Origin: a phage
DNA length: 64,000 nucleotides
Sequence record: OZ346219.1
Direction: 5' to 3' (one strand)
Positions 35,158-45,552 of this stretch are shown piece after piece (position 1 is the stretch's first letter; every line of letters begins with the position of its first letter). Made by a program: the position numbers and the translations under genes. The notes under the pieces were generated by a model. The model ran no database searches and was not told where the DNA came from. It worked only from the letters and a program-made list of their open reading frames with translations.

Positions 35158-35736
35158 TTACCACCTTTCTATAATCTTTTTAAGTCGTTTCCTTTCTGTC
35201 TGATTCTTAGTAACACCCGCCAAAAGTTCATCGGTCGCATACGGTTTAATGTGCTTCAATAACTTGTCCATATATCCCTTTTCATTAGCCAAATCGAGAT
35301 AAAACCGGGCGTCATCCATATTTACACAATATGCTTTCGCCACTGCCATTAAAACCAATTTTTGGTCCAATTCTTCTGTTAGTTTAGCCCATTTACCGTA
35401 TCGTTTCCCCTTAGAAATACTCTGTAAGAGATAATCAAAATGCATTTGATCTGGGAGGCCATGACCGATTAAATTCATCACATACGCGCTATATAGGCAA
35501 TCTGCGTGCTGGGAAAGAGCGGTGTTAATCCATCTCTGGTTATATGCAGAATTGTTTCCCACATTAACGCGCTGTTTATCTAAGGTGATATGATCCATCA
35601 GAGCAAATAATGCATTGTCGGTTTTCTCGGTGAATGTATCCGCTAATTCAGACACCTTTTCCCAATCACGAGAGCGCCATGCAATTTCATGCTCGTTTAA
35701 TTGTGTATCATCTTCACCGAAAAATTGACCTAACAT
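35158..35736 (-). CDS. gp62: clamp loader subunit gp62
   Basis: QLNEHEIAW, GKRYGKWAKL, C-terminal TKNQTERKRLKKI..W resemble T4 gp62; position between regA and gp44. Confidence 0.75.
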   Translation of the reverse strand: MLGQFFGEDDTQLNEHEIAWRSRDWEKVSELADTFTEKTDNALFALMDHITLDKQRVNVGNNSAYNQRWINTALSQHADCLYSAYVMNLIGHGLPDQMHFDYLLQSISKGKRYGKWAKLTEELDQKLVLMAVAKAYCVNMDDARFYLDLANEKGYMDKLLKHIKPYATDELLAGVTKNQTERKRLKKIIERW

Positions 35737-36710
35737 TATACGAACTCCAATTCAACCATTAATTGCATTAACAAAAAGACAATGTGAATCTCTTTATCAG
35801 CCGCGTGTGCAAACATCTGATTATTTTCACCGATAATCTCGGTCAGACGGATAATCGACGCTGGCTTAACTTGAGTATACAACTCATTATAAAGTTTCTT
35901 GACAAATTGAGCGTATGTATTGGTATATCGCGGTGCAAGTTTACGCACATTAGCAAACTGTTTAGTTTTAAGTGCTTCCACCACATCTGTTACTTCGGTA
36001 TTGCTACTTTCGATAACCATGCTCAATACGCCAGCATCAATTTTGCCATGTTTAGCGTAGCGATCCAAAAGTTTCATTACGCGCCGGAAGTCTGGGAAGT
36101 TCTGCTTAACCAGTTCCGCTAATACGCGCATTTCTTCTACTGGCACACCTTCTTTATCAAGAATTGCTTTACACCGGACGATCATTTCTTTCATCATGCG
36201 AAGCTGATCATCTTTAGTCGGAGATCCAAACGTGATGGGGTCAAATCGAGATCGTAACGCTGGGATAATACCTTCTAGATCGTTTGCTGTGATAATGAAT
36301 GTCACGTTGTTTGAGTATGCCTCAGAGAAACTACGCAAGTGTCTTTGAGCATCAGCTAGCCCCGCTCGGTCATACTCATCGATAATAACAACTTTGCCTT
36401 TTTCTCTTTTTTCTTCATCGAGTGATACACTCTGCGCAAAGCGTGTAATCTCATCGCGGATAAAATCAATCTTACAATCTGCGCCGTTAACAAACAGATA
36501 ATCAACACCCACATCTTCGCAAAGCGCCTTAGCAACGGTTGTTTTACCAGTACCTGGCGATGGGCTATGCAGGATCATAGAAGGGATTCGGCCTTGCTTA
36601 ACAATCTGCGCGAAGATCTTTTTATCTGCTTCCGGCAGAATACATTCAGAAATTGATTTCGGACGGTATTTCTGTTCCCACTGAAACTCATTTTCATTAA
36701 CACTCAGCAT
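35736..36710 (-). CDS. gp44: clamp loader ATPase subunit gp44 (AAA+)
   Basis: EQKYRP...HSPSPGTGKTTVAKALC...IIDEYDR matches T4 gp44; the track start at 36725 is a GTG, so I use the ATG at 36710 with RBS GAGAGGTGA. Confidence 0.85.
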   Translation of the reverse strand: MLSVNENEFQWEQKYRPKSISECILPEADKKIFAQIVKQGRIPSMILHSPSPGTGKTTVAKALCEDVGVDYLFVNGADCKIDFIRDEITRFAQSVSLDEEKREKGKVVIIDEYDRAGLADAQRHLRSFSEAYSNNVTFIITANDLEGIIPALRSRFDPITFGSPTKDDQLRMMKEMIVRCKAILDKEGVPVEEMRVLAELVKQNFPDFRRVMKLLDRYAKHGKIDAGVLSMVIESSNTEVTDVVEALKTKQFANVRKLAPRYTNTYAQFVKKLYNELYTQVKPASIIRLTEIIGENNQMFAHAADKEIHIVFLLMQLMVELEFV

Positions 36711-36776
36711 ATAATCACCTCTCACAAATTACATCATTAAAACGGGGAGTATTTTATACTCCCCACAAACATTATA

Positions 36777-37466
36777 TTAGTCGGTGTAGCTGGAGTCAAG
36801 GTCACACGCGATCATATAAGATACGGTTTCACTTGCCAGCCATACAGCCTTACGGCGAGTGAAGCTCAGTTTGTAATCGCCGAAGTCAGTAGCAACCAGT
36901 TTCATGTTATCTTTACGAATAAAGAAATGGAAGTCTGCGGTTCCGGTATATTCGCCCATGTCAAGACAAAACATCTCATTAGGATTATTTTTGTCAATCT
37001 CTTCCCAACCTTTGATCATCAGACGACCATCAATCGGAAGAAATTCAAGGCGGTCCACTTTAAGCTGATTGCTCATTTTCATAAGCTGTTTCAGATCGTC
37101 GTTGCTCAGTTCGTAATCTACATCGCTTGCAGGTGGAGTAACTCGGCCTTTCGGTGATACGATAGCAGCAGCACTAGCACCAGGATAATTAATTTTCAGA
37201 CGATCATTAGACACACGAATGTTTCCGGTGCGGTCATCAACCGTAATATCTGCTTCATCGCCTACCAGATTCAGAATACCCAAGAAAGAGTTAAGATCAT
37301 AGATCCCAATTTCGTGTTCCAGTTCTTGATTCAGAGTCGCTTCACCATATACAACGTTTGTCATGTTTTTGGTGATCAGGACGTTTCCTTTTTTCAGGAT
37401 GATACCTGGGTTAATAGCGGAAAAGTTTTTCAGGGTAGCAATGGTTTCTTTAGTCAGTTTCATCAA
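36777..37466 (-). CDS. gp45: sliding clamp gp45
   Basis: 229 aa; MMKLTKETIATLKNFSAINPGIILKKG resembles the T4 gp45 N-terminus. Confidence 0.8.
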   Translation of the reverse strand: MMKLTKETIATLKNFSAINPGIILKKGNVLITKNMTNVVYGEATLNQELEHEIGIYDLNSFLGILNLVGDEADITVDDRTGNIRVSNDRLKINYPGASAAAIVSPKGRVTPPASDVDYELSNDDLKQLMKMSNQLKVDRLEFLPIDGRLMIKGWEEIDKNNPNEMFCLDMGEYTGTADFHFFIRKDNMKLVATDFGDYKLSFTRRKAVWLASETVSYMIACDLDSSYTD

Positions 37467-37493
37467 ATCACCTTTATCATGTTAATCAATTAA

Positions 37494-37892
37494 TTACGGG
37501 TTTACTTCGTGCTCATTTTGAATCTTTAGCATTCTTTCGATAAATTTTTTCTCGGCTTCCTTGTCGGATGAGTGAGTATACTTCAATCCAATGTAAGCTG
37601 TCAAGTATTGTTGCAGAGCATAGACAGTAACAGGATTCTTTGCGGTCTTTTTGCCGTCGAGATATACCAGATCACCACGAACATCAAACGCAAGTTTACG
37701 ACGAATCACATCATCAACAAATTTATCTAGGACAAAATACCACTCAATACATTCTATCCCGTGACGGTAGTTCATTACATCATTATCTTTGATATAGTCA
37801 AACGGAATATGACATAATTTACGATTTTGTAGGATGAATAGCATTTGTTCTTTTAAGCTCATACGTTTCATTCCATCACTTCCCATCAGCAA
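37494..37892 (-). CDS. rpbA: RpbA-like RNA-polymerase-binding protein (132 aa)
   Basis: Size and position (downstream of gp45) match T4 rpbA; no sequence check possible. Confidence 0.45.
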   Translation of the reverse strand: MLMGSDGMKRMSLKEQMLFILQNRKLCHIPFDYIKDNDVMNYRHGIECIEWYFVLDKFVDDVIRRKLAFDVRGDLVYLDGKKTAKNPVTVYALQQYLTAYIGLKYTHSSDKEAEKKFIERMLKIQNEHEVNP

Positions 37893-38268
37893 TTGCGATC
37901 AGACGAGTTACTACTACGCTAGCGGCTTCAATCAGCAGTTCATCAGTGTCAATCTGATAACCCTTTTCGAGAATATCTTTACCTCGAATAGTTTTAGCAC
38001 CTTTAGCAATTGAATCATCGTAATACTTGCGCATTGCCGCGATCCATTCTTTTTGCACCATATCATCAATATGCGCGTACAGTTCAAAGCGTGCTTGCTG
38101 CGGGATAACCTTCATTTTAGCTTTCTCGCTTTCTGGCATTTGTAGTACCCACGCTTTACGGATCTTGTTCATTGCTCGGTCAAATTCGAGACTGGTTTTC
38201 TTGTTCTGAATGTCTGCTACAGTAATTTTAGCCAGGTTTGCGGAAGTAGTCATAATATTAATCTCCAA
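37876..38268 (-). CDS. hypothetical protein (130 aa)
   Basis: Track ORF. Confidence 0.4.
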   Translation of the reverse strand: MEINIMTTSANLAKITVADIQNKKTSLEFDRAMNKIRKAWVLQMPESEKAKMKVIPQQARFELYAHIDDMVQKEWIAAMRKYYDDSIAKGAKTIRGKDILEKGYQIDTDELLIEAASVVVTRLIAIADGK

Positions 38269-38283
38269 AATAAAATCAGTATA

Positions 38284-38514
38284 TCACGTTCTAAAGTTTG
38301 TTGCAACCCCAGCATCAGGGTAATCAAGTTTATCAAAGTTGGGGACCAGCATAAACTCATGATGACGGCAAGACAACATTTTTGTTATGTCTTCATCGCT
38401 GTATATGCTGTTTTTCATATCCCCCATACTAACTACATATTCTTCACCGGAATATAGATTGATTAATGTATACAATTCTAACTCCGGCTGCGTTACTCTG
38501 TCAAATGTTAACAT
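38284..38514 (-). CDS. hypothetical protein (76 aa)
   Basis: Track ORF. Confidence 0.35.
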   Translation of the reverse strand: MLTFDRVTQPELELYTLINLYSGEEYVVSMGDMKNSIYSDEDITKMLSCRHHEFMLVPNFDKLDYPDAGVATNFRT

Positions 38515-40183
38515 TCATTTCAGTGAATCGCCCACGTTTAACCATCTTGAGATGACGGCTAAAATCATCAGGGTTATGGTCACGATGGCTGATAATATAC
38601 ACGTTATCATCTAACTTGTCAATGATGGAATCAAGTGCTTTTACGCCCTGAACGTCCGTAGCCCCATCATAAATTTCGTCGAGTACCAACAAAGAAATAT
38701 TAGTACCAGATACTTTACCAGCAACATCACGCCATGTAAAGAGCATCGCAAGGTCAATACGTGCTTTTTCGCCTTGACTGAATGATGTATACGAAAACGA
38801 TTCACGCCCCCGTGATTTGATTGTTTCGTTAAACTCTTCATCTAGCGTAAAGATATAATCCGCTTCCATGATATCTAGATAATACGCAATCCGATCATTG
38901 AAATATGGAATATATTTCTTGACGATAGACGCCTTAACACCGGAATCTTTCAACATTTCTGTTACAAATCCACGGTGATATTTTTCAAGAACTAGCTTTG
39001 ATTTTTCATTAGTGATCTCTACCAGTTCGTGTTCCAGTTTAGCAAGTTCTTCGGAATTGTCAACCCTTTCTTTTTGCAATTCTTGCATTGCTTTCTGGAT
39101 CTGTTTAGCCCGACCTACAGATGCCGTTAAATTCGCTCTCTGTGACTCTATAGCGCGTTTAATTTCCAAGACCTTAGTTTGTGCTGTCTGGAAAGAATTG
39201 GCTTTCTCTGCGTATTCTACGCGTTTCTCGTCAATAAGAGACAGTTTATGTTCGGCTTGTGCTTTTTGTTCGCGTACAGCCTGATCATTACCCTGAATGA
39301 TCGGTTGTGTGCACGTAGGACAGATCCCGCCTTTCTCGTGCATATGGATAACACGGTCAAAGTTCTGGATCTGCGCACCAATCTGTGCGATAGCAGTATT
39401 AATTTTAGCCAATGCTGCGCTAGGATCTTCCGGCATAACAACAGCCAATAGCTCATCGGTCAAGCGCGTTTCTTCGGCTTTAAACGCTTTAGCTGATTCT
39501 ACTTCTTTCTCGTACATATTCTGCAAACGCTGTAGATTCTCGGCACTCGCCTTGCTAGCGTCTTCTATGTACTTTTTATGAGTGTTGATTTGTTGCTGAA
39601 CGTGATTAGCTTTCATTTCCTGCATTTGGATATTCTGGGTAATCTCGCGCACATACGCTTTATTCAGTTTATCCATTTCGCCTAGCGTAGCAATATCAAG
39701 CAAATCCTCGACCAGTTTACGGCGACCCGCTGCCGGAAGACTCATAAACGGAACATAACCAGCAGTGCCTAAAACAACGATCTGTTTAAAGCTGGCTAGG
39801 TTCATTCCTATGATACCTTCAAAATATTCCTGAAAGTCTTTGGTGCTTGCGCTCTCGTCGATCTTTTGACCGTCGCGATGCACTTCGAAGACTTCCGGTT
39901 TTTGACCACGTTTGATATAAAACTCTTTTCCGTCCAGTTCAAACCAGACTTCGACTAACAGTTTCTTTTTGTTGACGCTGTTAATCAATTGGCCTTTCTT
40001 GATACTACGAAACGGTTTACCGAACAACACAAAGCAAAGCGCCTCGATCATTGTTGATTTACCAGCACCGTTAACACCAGTGATTAGTGTCTTTTTGAAT
40101 CCGTCTAGCTGAATCTCAACAGGTTCAGCACCCACGCTCATTATATTTTGATAGCGCAAGGTTTTAAAATTTAACTTTGCCAT
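38501..40183 (-). CDS. gp46: recombination endonuclease subunit gp46 (SbcC/Rad50-like)
   Basis: NIMSVGAEPVEIQLDGFKKTLITGVNGAGKSTMIEAL, long coiled coil, C-terminal FSQGEKARIDLAMLFTWRDVA...LVLDEI match T4 gp46; ATG at 40183 with RBS gives 560 aa. Confidence 0.85.
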   Translation of the reverse strand: MAKLNFKTLRYQNIMSVGAEPVEIQLDGFKKTLITGVNGAGKSTMIEALCFVLFGKPFRSIKKGQLINSVNKKKLLVEVWFELDGKEFYIKRGQKPEVFEVHRDGQKIDESASTKDFQEYFEGIIGMNLASFKQIVVLGTAGYVPFMSLPAAGRRKLVEDLLDIATLGEMDKLNKAYVREITQNIQMQEMKANHVQQQINTHKKYIEDASKASAENLQRLQNMYEKEVESAKAFKAEETRLTDELLAVVMPEDPSAALAKINTAIAQIGAQIQNFDRVIHMHEKGGICPTCTQPIIQGNDQAVREQKAQAEHKLSLIDEKRVEYAEKANSFQTAQTKVLEIKRAIESQRANLTASVGRAKQIQKAMQELQKERVDNSEELAKLEHELVEITNEKSKLVLEKYHRGFVTEMLKDSGVKASIVKKYIPYFNDRIAYYLDIMEADYIFTLDEEFNETIKSRGRESFSYTSFSQGEKARIDLAMLFTWRDVAGKVSGTNISLLVLDEIYDGATDVQGVKALDSIIDKLDDNVYIISHRDHNPDDFSRHLKMVKRGRFTEMNVNI

Positions 40184-40427
40184 TAATCCACTCCGCAATC
40201 ACACATTCCATAATATTAAATGCTAACACATCTTCATCAATATTGTAAACACTTGCCGCCTTCACTTTAACTAGTGTGTCTCTGCGATCTGGCAACATGA
40301 TCACATAATCCAGTGTCGCCGGATCATATGTCATAAAGGGATCAACATAAATCCCTTTATTCAATGCCAGATATTCGCGAAGACCTTCTATAACCCTGTG
40401 TCTAAGGTAGGTCATCGATAGAATCAT
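40164..40427 (-). CDS. hypothetical protein (87 aa)
   Basis: Track ORF between gp46 and gp47. Confidence 0.4.
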   Translation of the reverse strand: MILSMTYLRHRVIEGLREYLALNKGIYVDPFMTYDPATLDYVIMLPDRRDTLVKVKAASVYNIDEDVLAFNIMECVIAEWINGKVKF

Positions 40428-41008
40428 TTTAGTTTATGTTCCTCTAAAAATTCTTCAATTTCACCTTGCAGGTCTTCCGCTTGCTGTTCCAGAATATCGC
40501 GAAATTCACCTACAGTCAAGCGGTAATCGCATTTCACCAGTCGATGCGGGAGAATATACCCTTTATACATTGTCTCTGACGCTTCCAGGAATACCCCACT
40601 ATGCATGACAGAGATCCAACCTGTTAACGTCAATGGAGTATTCGGAAAATAATACTTGCCGGATTGTTTCCACTGTACGAAAGCACCATATACAATCGGA
40701 TTATATTCACCAACCACACTCTTAATAATGGATTCTACTTTGTCTTTTACAAAGTCGCCAATGTCCATAGTTATCATCAACTCTTTTGGATTAATGATTT
40801 TAAGGTAACGACGGTAGCCGTCATCATACCACATCTTAACAACTGACCGATCAATATTCGCTTTCAGATAGCCATAGATCGGATTCTTGTAATATGATTG
40901 TTTTAGTGTGTATGTGTGCACCAATTTAATAAAATGTTCCATTACCAACAAATCAGAATCAGCCGCGACCATAGTCGTATTCATAATATGTTCCTCGTTC
41001 AATCTCAT
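40424..41008 (-). CDS. hypothetical protein (194 aa)
   Basis: Track ORF between gp46 and gp47. Confidence 0.45.
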   Translation of the reverse strand: MRLNEEHIMNTTMVAADSDLLVMEHFIKLVHTYTLKQSYYKNPIYGYLKANIDRSVVKMWYDDGYRRYLKIINPKELMITMDIGDFVKDKVESIIKSVVGEYNPIVYGAFVQWKQSGKYYFPNTPLTLTGWISVMHSGVFLEASETMYKGYILPHRLVKCDYRLTVGEFRDILEQQAEDLQGEIEEFLEEHKLK

Positions 41009-41276
41009 ATTGTTTCAGGTCTTCTAAAAGTTCATCCACTGCTTGTTTCAGCACATGACGCAGCGTAAAGTAATAGCTTTCATCAAATTCTATTTCCGCG
41101 CGAGGAATAGAACGAAACTTACACTTAACCGTAGTATCGGTGAGTCGCTTTTCGACCATCATCCGAACTTCTTCATGCTCTTTGGAATACCATACATCAA
41201 CGGAGATCCCCTTGCGTCGAGCAAACATAGGCAATGCCGCATTAAATTCCATTACCTTTTGTGCAAGTGTTTTCAT
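40959..41276 (-). CDS. hypothetical protein (105 aa)
   Basis: Track ORF. Confidence 0.4.
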   Translation of the reverse strand: MKTLAQKVMEFNAALPMFARRKGISVDVWYSKEHEEVRMMVEKRLTDTTVKCKFRSIPRAEIEFDESYYFTLRHVLKQAVDELLEDLKQYEIERGTYYEYDYGRG

Positions 41277-41536
41277 CGTACAGACTCCATAGATCCACGC
41301 GCAATAACATTCTGGGTAATATCAGCAACCTTACGGGATACGATGTTTGTTAGCCCATCTTTGGTGATATTTTCACGATCAAATGGGATTTCGTCATGAG
41401 TCCACAAACCATAGTTAGATCGAAATGATAGCATATACTGACCATCTCGCACAACCTCAAATACATGGATCTTAGTGAATTTCGATAAACCTTCGTTGAT
41501 TTCTTTCAATGCATTAGTAATCATAACAACCTCCAA
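41273..41536 (-). CDS. hypothetical protein (87 aa)
   Basis: Track ORF. Confidence 0.4.
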   Translation of the reverse strand: MEVVMITNALKEINEGLSKFTKIHVFEVVRDGQYMLSFRSNYGLWTHDEIPFDRENITKDGLTNIVSRKVADITQNVIARGSMESVR

Positions 41537-41578
41537 TCAATTTTTAGAGAGTATAACGGGGATTTCTCCCCGCGTCAA

Positions 41579-42604
41579 CTAACTTTTTGCGCTATTTACC
41601 TCGGCTAAAAGTTCATCAGAAATACGCTTGACCGCCGCAAGTTCTTCCGGTTCTAGGTTTTGTTCTTCCAGATATTCATAGACCATCTGAATAGTGCTTT
41701 TAACTTCAATAACACCTGTTTCCTGTGATGCGCTACTCTCCAGCTTATGGACCACTTTTAGCTTGTGTACAACGGCCTCTAAAGCGCTTTCTAACTTAGT
41801 TAACCCATTATCAGCGACCGTTGCGATAAGACGCACACTAAGCCCCTTAAAGCGTTCTACATCGATTTTATCATCTGACGGGTAAGTGATACGCACATGA
41901 TAAGTTTTGTCATTCTGGATAAACTCCTTTTTGTGTGTATCGGTATCGAATACCCAAAAACCACGCGGATCGTTTTCGTCACCAGCCGTTAGTGTGTATG
42001 GTGTACCAATATACGTTACGTTACCGCCATCACTGATAGTATGAAAGTGACCAGAAAACACTTCACGGTATTTCTTGAGGAAGTCCGCGCTATAACCTTC
42101 TGATTTTAGACCTTTATAGAAATAGTAACCGGACAATTCCCAATGGCCTACACAATATTCGCTGAATGAGTTTTGAATAAACTCTAAAATCTCTGATTTA
42201 TTGTCATCACAAAACCACGGGAACAGATCAAATGATACACCATCAAAGGTGACTGTTTCCGGTTTATCGATAACCTTAATGCAATCATACTGGCTTAACA
42301 CTTCACGCGGTGCGTTAGGCTGGATCTTGTTTCGTTTAAACATATCATGGTTCCCGACCGTGATATAACAAGTAATTCCAGCCTCTTCCAGTAATGGGAT
42401 GACCTTAGTACGGTTAAATTTCATGGTTTCATGGGTAATTGCTTTTCGGCAATCAAACCAATCCCCTGTTTGAATCCATGTCTTAATATTATGCTCTTTG
42501 GAGTATTCAACCGCCTTCTTGATGGTATCAAGAATATACTCATGCACCCACGGATCATCGCCACCGATACCAGTATGCAGATCACCTAAAAGCAAAATTT
42601 TCAT
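41579..42604 (-). CDS. gp47: recombination endonuclease subunit gp47 (SbcD/Mre11-like)
   Basis: MKILLLGDLHTG...TWIQTGDWFD...VGNHD...FSGHFHT are calcineurin-like phosphoesterase motifs matching T4 gp47. Confidence 0.85.
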   Translation of the reverse strand: MKILLLGDLHTGIGGDDPWVHEYILDTIKKAVEYSKEHNIKTWIQTGDWFDCRKAITHETMKFNRTKVIPLLEEAGITCYITVGNHDMFKRNKIQPNAPREVLSQYDCIKVIDKPETVTFDGVSFDLFPWFCDDNKSEILEFIQNSFSEYCVGHWELSGYYFYKGLKSEGYSADFLKKYREVFSGHFHTISDGGNVTYIGTPYTLTAGDENDPRGFWVFDTDTHKKEFIQNDKTYHVRITYPSDDKIDVERFKGLSVRLIATVADNGLTKLESALEAVVHKLKVVHKLESSASQETGVIEVKSTIQMVYEYLEEQNLEPEELAAVKRISDELLAEVNSAKS

Positions 42605-42694
42605 AGTCTCTTCCTCTCTTCGTTTTCGATGCTCTCACTATATCACAGAAAAATAAAAAGGGAAACCCCTTTCAGAGTCTCCCCTATAAAGCCA

Positions 42695-42982
42695 TTACAG
42701 CATACTTAATACCGTTTGCCGTGTACTAATCCACATAGCAGAAAGCAGTTCTGGCGTGTGTGGCTGTTTGTAGATATCACGTAACTTTCCGATAGCGTAG
42801 ATATACGCATCACGGTTATCATCGATGATAGCTTGTTCAGCCCACCGCTTAAGGCGTGCAATCTCTCGCGAGTTCTTACGCAAGATCTTTTCCGCTTTCT
42901 TAGCGGCTTTAGCCTCTAGTTCTGCTTGTACTTTGTCTACTTCATTCACTGCAATCTGGTCATGCTGTTCATCGTAAGTCAT
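42695..42982 (-). CDS. hypothetical protein (95 aa)
   Basis: Track ORF between gp47 and gp55. Confidence 0.4.
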   Translation of the reverse strand: MTYDEQHDQIAVNEVDKVQAELEAKAAKKAEKILRKNSREIARLKRWAEQAIIDDNRDAYIYAIGKLRDIYKQPHTPELLSAMWISTRQTVLSML

Positions 42983-42983
42983 G

Positions 42984-43217
42984 TTATTTTCCTTCTGGGA
43001 TATAGTCGATGATTAAAGAAAATTCATCTTCTGATACATTATAGCTATGTGAGATTGTACCCGTAAAGACCTCAAGATCCGGTGATTTGATATTGCACGG
43101 ATCGATAATCACCGGAACGCCGCAATCTCTCAAAAATAATTTGGCGAAATACGGCACAAGGTCAGTTTCAAACTCTGCTTCTTCCAGCAAACGGGAAATG
43201 TTAATTTTCAATCTCAT
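42984..43217 (-). CDS. hypothetical protein (77 aa)
   Basis: Track ORF. Confidence 0.35.
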   Translation of the reverse strand: MRLKINISRLLEEAEFETDLVPYFAKLFLRDCGVPVIIDPCNIKSPDLEVFTGTISHSYNVSEDEFSLIIDYIPEGK

Positions 43218-43734
43218 AAAATTGGTCCAAGCTAGGCAATTCCTCGGTCAATACATCTTCAACCTTTGGCGCTTTCGGTTTATTGACCGATTCCTCGTAG
43301 TTGTTGATTTTATCGTAAATGTCCTGTATGAATGCCTCATCAGCAATCTGGCACATATCAGCGTCGCGTTCGTCATATACATGATGCACAAAATATTTGT
43401 ATTTTGCGGCTGTCGCTGTTCTCTCTTTTTTAATGCGCTGTACAAAAGCATTAAAGCACGCTTGCGTGATGTAAGCATGAGGATTTTTATACTTTGTCTC
43501 GTCAAAATTAATCAAACCCTTGACCGCCGCTTCGATTCCGTCGTCGATCATTTCTTCGCGCCACGTTTGACTATAACCAGAAAAGTTAAAACGACGTGAT
43601 AGATTTTTAGAGATTTGCATAATTGCTAGGCCGATTTGATCGCTCATTGGAACTTGCCGACCTTCTGCTGCAATTTGTTGTTTCCAACGGCAAATTTCTT
43701 CGTAAAGCTCTTTATTGTTTACATAATCAGACAC
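43201..43734 (-). CDS. gp55: late-transcription sigma factor gp55
   Basis: [58 protein letters not shown] is near-identical to recalled T4 gp55. Confidence 0.85.
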   Translation of the reverse strand: MSDYVNNKELYEEICRWKQQIAAEGRQVPMSDQIGLAIMQISKNLSRRFNFSGYSQTWREEMIDDGIEAAVKGLINFDETKYKNPHAYITQACFNAFVQRIKKERTATAAKYKYFVHHVYDERDADMCQIADEAFIQDIYDKINNYEESVNKPKAPKVEDVLTEELPSLDQFYEIEN

Positions 43735-43774
43735 TTCGCACCCTCGCTATTATTTAGGAAATAACCCTTTCGGG

Positions 43775-45244
43775 CTATTCCCCATTACCATTATACTTTC
43801 TTTGCTTAGTTATCCACACTCTAACCATCTCTACAGATTCGCCGTCAGACGGATCAAGAGTTTTTCCTTTTTTCTTCATGCGGTACTTAAATCCGTTAAA
43901 TCTTGCATTCTCTTGCTCGTTAAAGTCGAACATCTTTTTAAATGATTTTCGCCCTTTACGTTCACCACATTCTAGCGGAATCATTCGATCTGTTATTACA
44001 TTGGCATTAGGCAGAAACGTTTTTAGATAATCCACCAACGCCCAATCAGGAACATATAGATTAACATTCTCCTTGCTCTCGTTGTCTCTCAGGTTACAAC
44101 GCAAACATAATTGAAATGCTGGTTCCAGATAATCAGACACATGACGCGCTTTCAAAAACTCGTTTGTCGGGAGATCACAACTATTAGCAAGACCTTTTAA
44201 AATATCAATCTCCCATCGTTGAGGGTTAAAGCTGAACATCACAGCAACATTTTTATGATGAATGTAAGAGTTAAGACCATAAGACCCGTAAGGTATCCGC
44301 TCACCAATACCATTTGTACACGCTTCACGGTCCCGATTCACGGTATAAATGAAGTCATCGCCACATTCATTTTTAACCATATCAACAAGACGTTCAAAGG
44401 TATTGTTTGTTTCTGACTGGTGACGCGACCATCGTTCAGAGTCCGTCATAAGGATGATATTAACTCTATCTGTATTTTTATACTCTTTGAAATATAGTCT
44501 GGATTCTAGCGCACTCGGAACAAAATCGCAATTTGCATAGTATCGTAGATACTTCCCACTATATGTATCAAAGAGATTTGCACATGCTATCGTAACCTTT
44601 TTAAAGTCTCCCCACGTACCGTGTTTGTTATCGTTCAAGAAAACAATTTTCGACCCATTCTTCCGGTGTCCTTCGTTATGTTTTACCATAACGTTGATTT
44701 TCTTCTCTAATAACGCCTCATAAAGCCCTCTAAGAGAAGAATCGATCATATCAGTACCATCCTTCGCACTTTCTATCTTTTCTTTGATAGCGGCCTTCTC
44801 AGAGTCTTTTAGAACTAAGTTCTGTAGGCATTCCGATTCGTCGGCGATTGGTTCGCAATGCTTAGTGATAAGTTCAAGATTAGACTTAAACGGATACTCA
44901 TTAAATTCAACCAGTTGAGGAACTTCATCAATGTAAAGAGCATAATCACCAAACATTTTTGAACGTTCCATATTAGATAACGCTGTATGTGTAATGAATA
45001 TCACATCAGCACCATCTTTAACTGATTGCATTATCGACGCTTGCACTGTCTTAAGGCTTCTTAGTCTTGTGCTATCAATCAAGACAGCACGACCGCCCAT
45101 TCTTTTAAACTTATTGTAAGATTGTTCACTTAAAACACGAGATGGCGAAGCAATAACCGCTTTTTCTTTTGTCTCTAGGACGTGGGAAAGTATAGCATCA
45201 GTTTTCCCCGCCGCTGGCAATGCGATTAATGTTTCAATCTTCAT
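43775..45244 (-). CDS. uncharacterised P-loop NTPase (489 aa) with helicase-like motifs
   Basis: Walker A LPAAGKTD (res ~9-16), motif Ia-like IASPSRVLSEQ, Walker B-like YIDEV (~res 105); not matched to any T4 protein I can recall. Confidence 0.5.
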   Translation of the reverse strand: MKIETLIALPAAGKTDAILSHVLETKEKAVIASPSRVLSEQSYNKFKRMGGRAVLIDSTRLRSLKTVQASIMQSVKDGADVIFITHTALSNMERSKMFGDYALYIDEVPQLVEFNEYPFKSNLELITKHCEPIADESECLQNLVLKDSEKAAIKEKIESAKDGTDMIDSSLRGLYEALLEKKINVMVKHNEGHRKNGSKIVFLNDNKHGTWGDFKKVTIACANLFDTYSGKYLRYYANCDFVPSALESRLYFKEYKNTDRVNIILMTDSERWSRHQSETNNTFERLVDMVKNECGDDFIYTVNRDREACTNGIGERIPYGSYGLNSYIHHKNVAVMFSFNPQRWEIDILKGLANSCDLPTNEFLKARHVSDYLEPAFQLCLRCNLRDNESKENVNLYVPDWALVDYLKTFLPNANVITDRMIPLECGERKGRKSFKKMFDFNEQENARFNGFKYRMKKKGKTLDPSDGESVEMVRVWITKQRKYNGNGE

Positions 45245-45549
45245 TAGAAACCCTTACGTCGTTCTTTCTGGCATTTCTTGATCATTTTATCAGAAATTTC
45301 GCGCTTAGGTGCAATCTCTTTCACACCGAAAGCACTAATGCCAAATTCAGAGAGAATATATTCAACCAACAATTCACGCACACGCGCTTTACCGATATTC
45401 ACGCCGTTATTTTTCAGATATGTCTGGCCTTCGACTTGCATCAGATCTAAATCTGCGTCGGTAATATTGATTTCTTCCATGCGCCCAAATCGAGAATAAA
45501 CCATGTGTGCGATTGCATTGTGTACTAACATAATATATTCCTCACTCAA
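45244..45549 (-). CDS. hypothetical protein (101 aa), translationally coupled to the NTPase
   Basis: Its stop overlaps the NTPase start codon. Confidence 0.45.
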   Translation of the reverse strand: MSEEYIMLVHNAIAHMVYSRFGRMEEINITDADLDLMQVEGQTYLKNNGVNIGKARVRELLVEYILSEFGISAFGVKEIAPKREISDKMIKKCQKERRKGF

Positions 45550-45552
45550 GAA

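Noticed and set aside
43087-43599. 170-aa ORF on the + strand overlapping gp55
   Set aside because: Antisense to the highly conserved gp55 coding sequence; composition-driven ORF.
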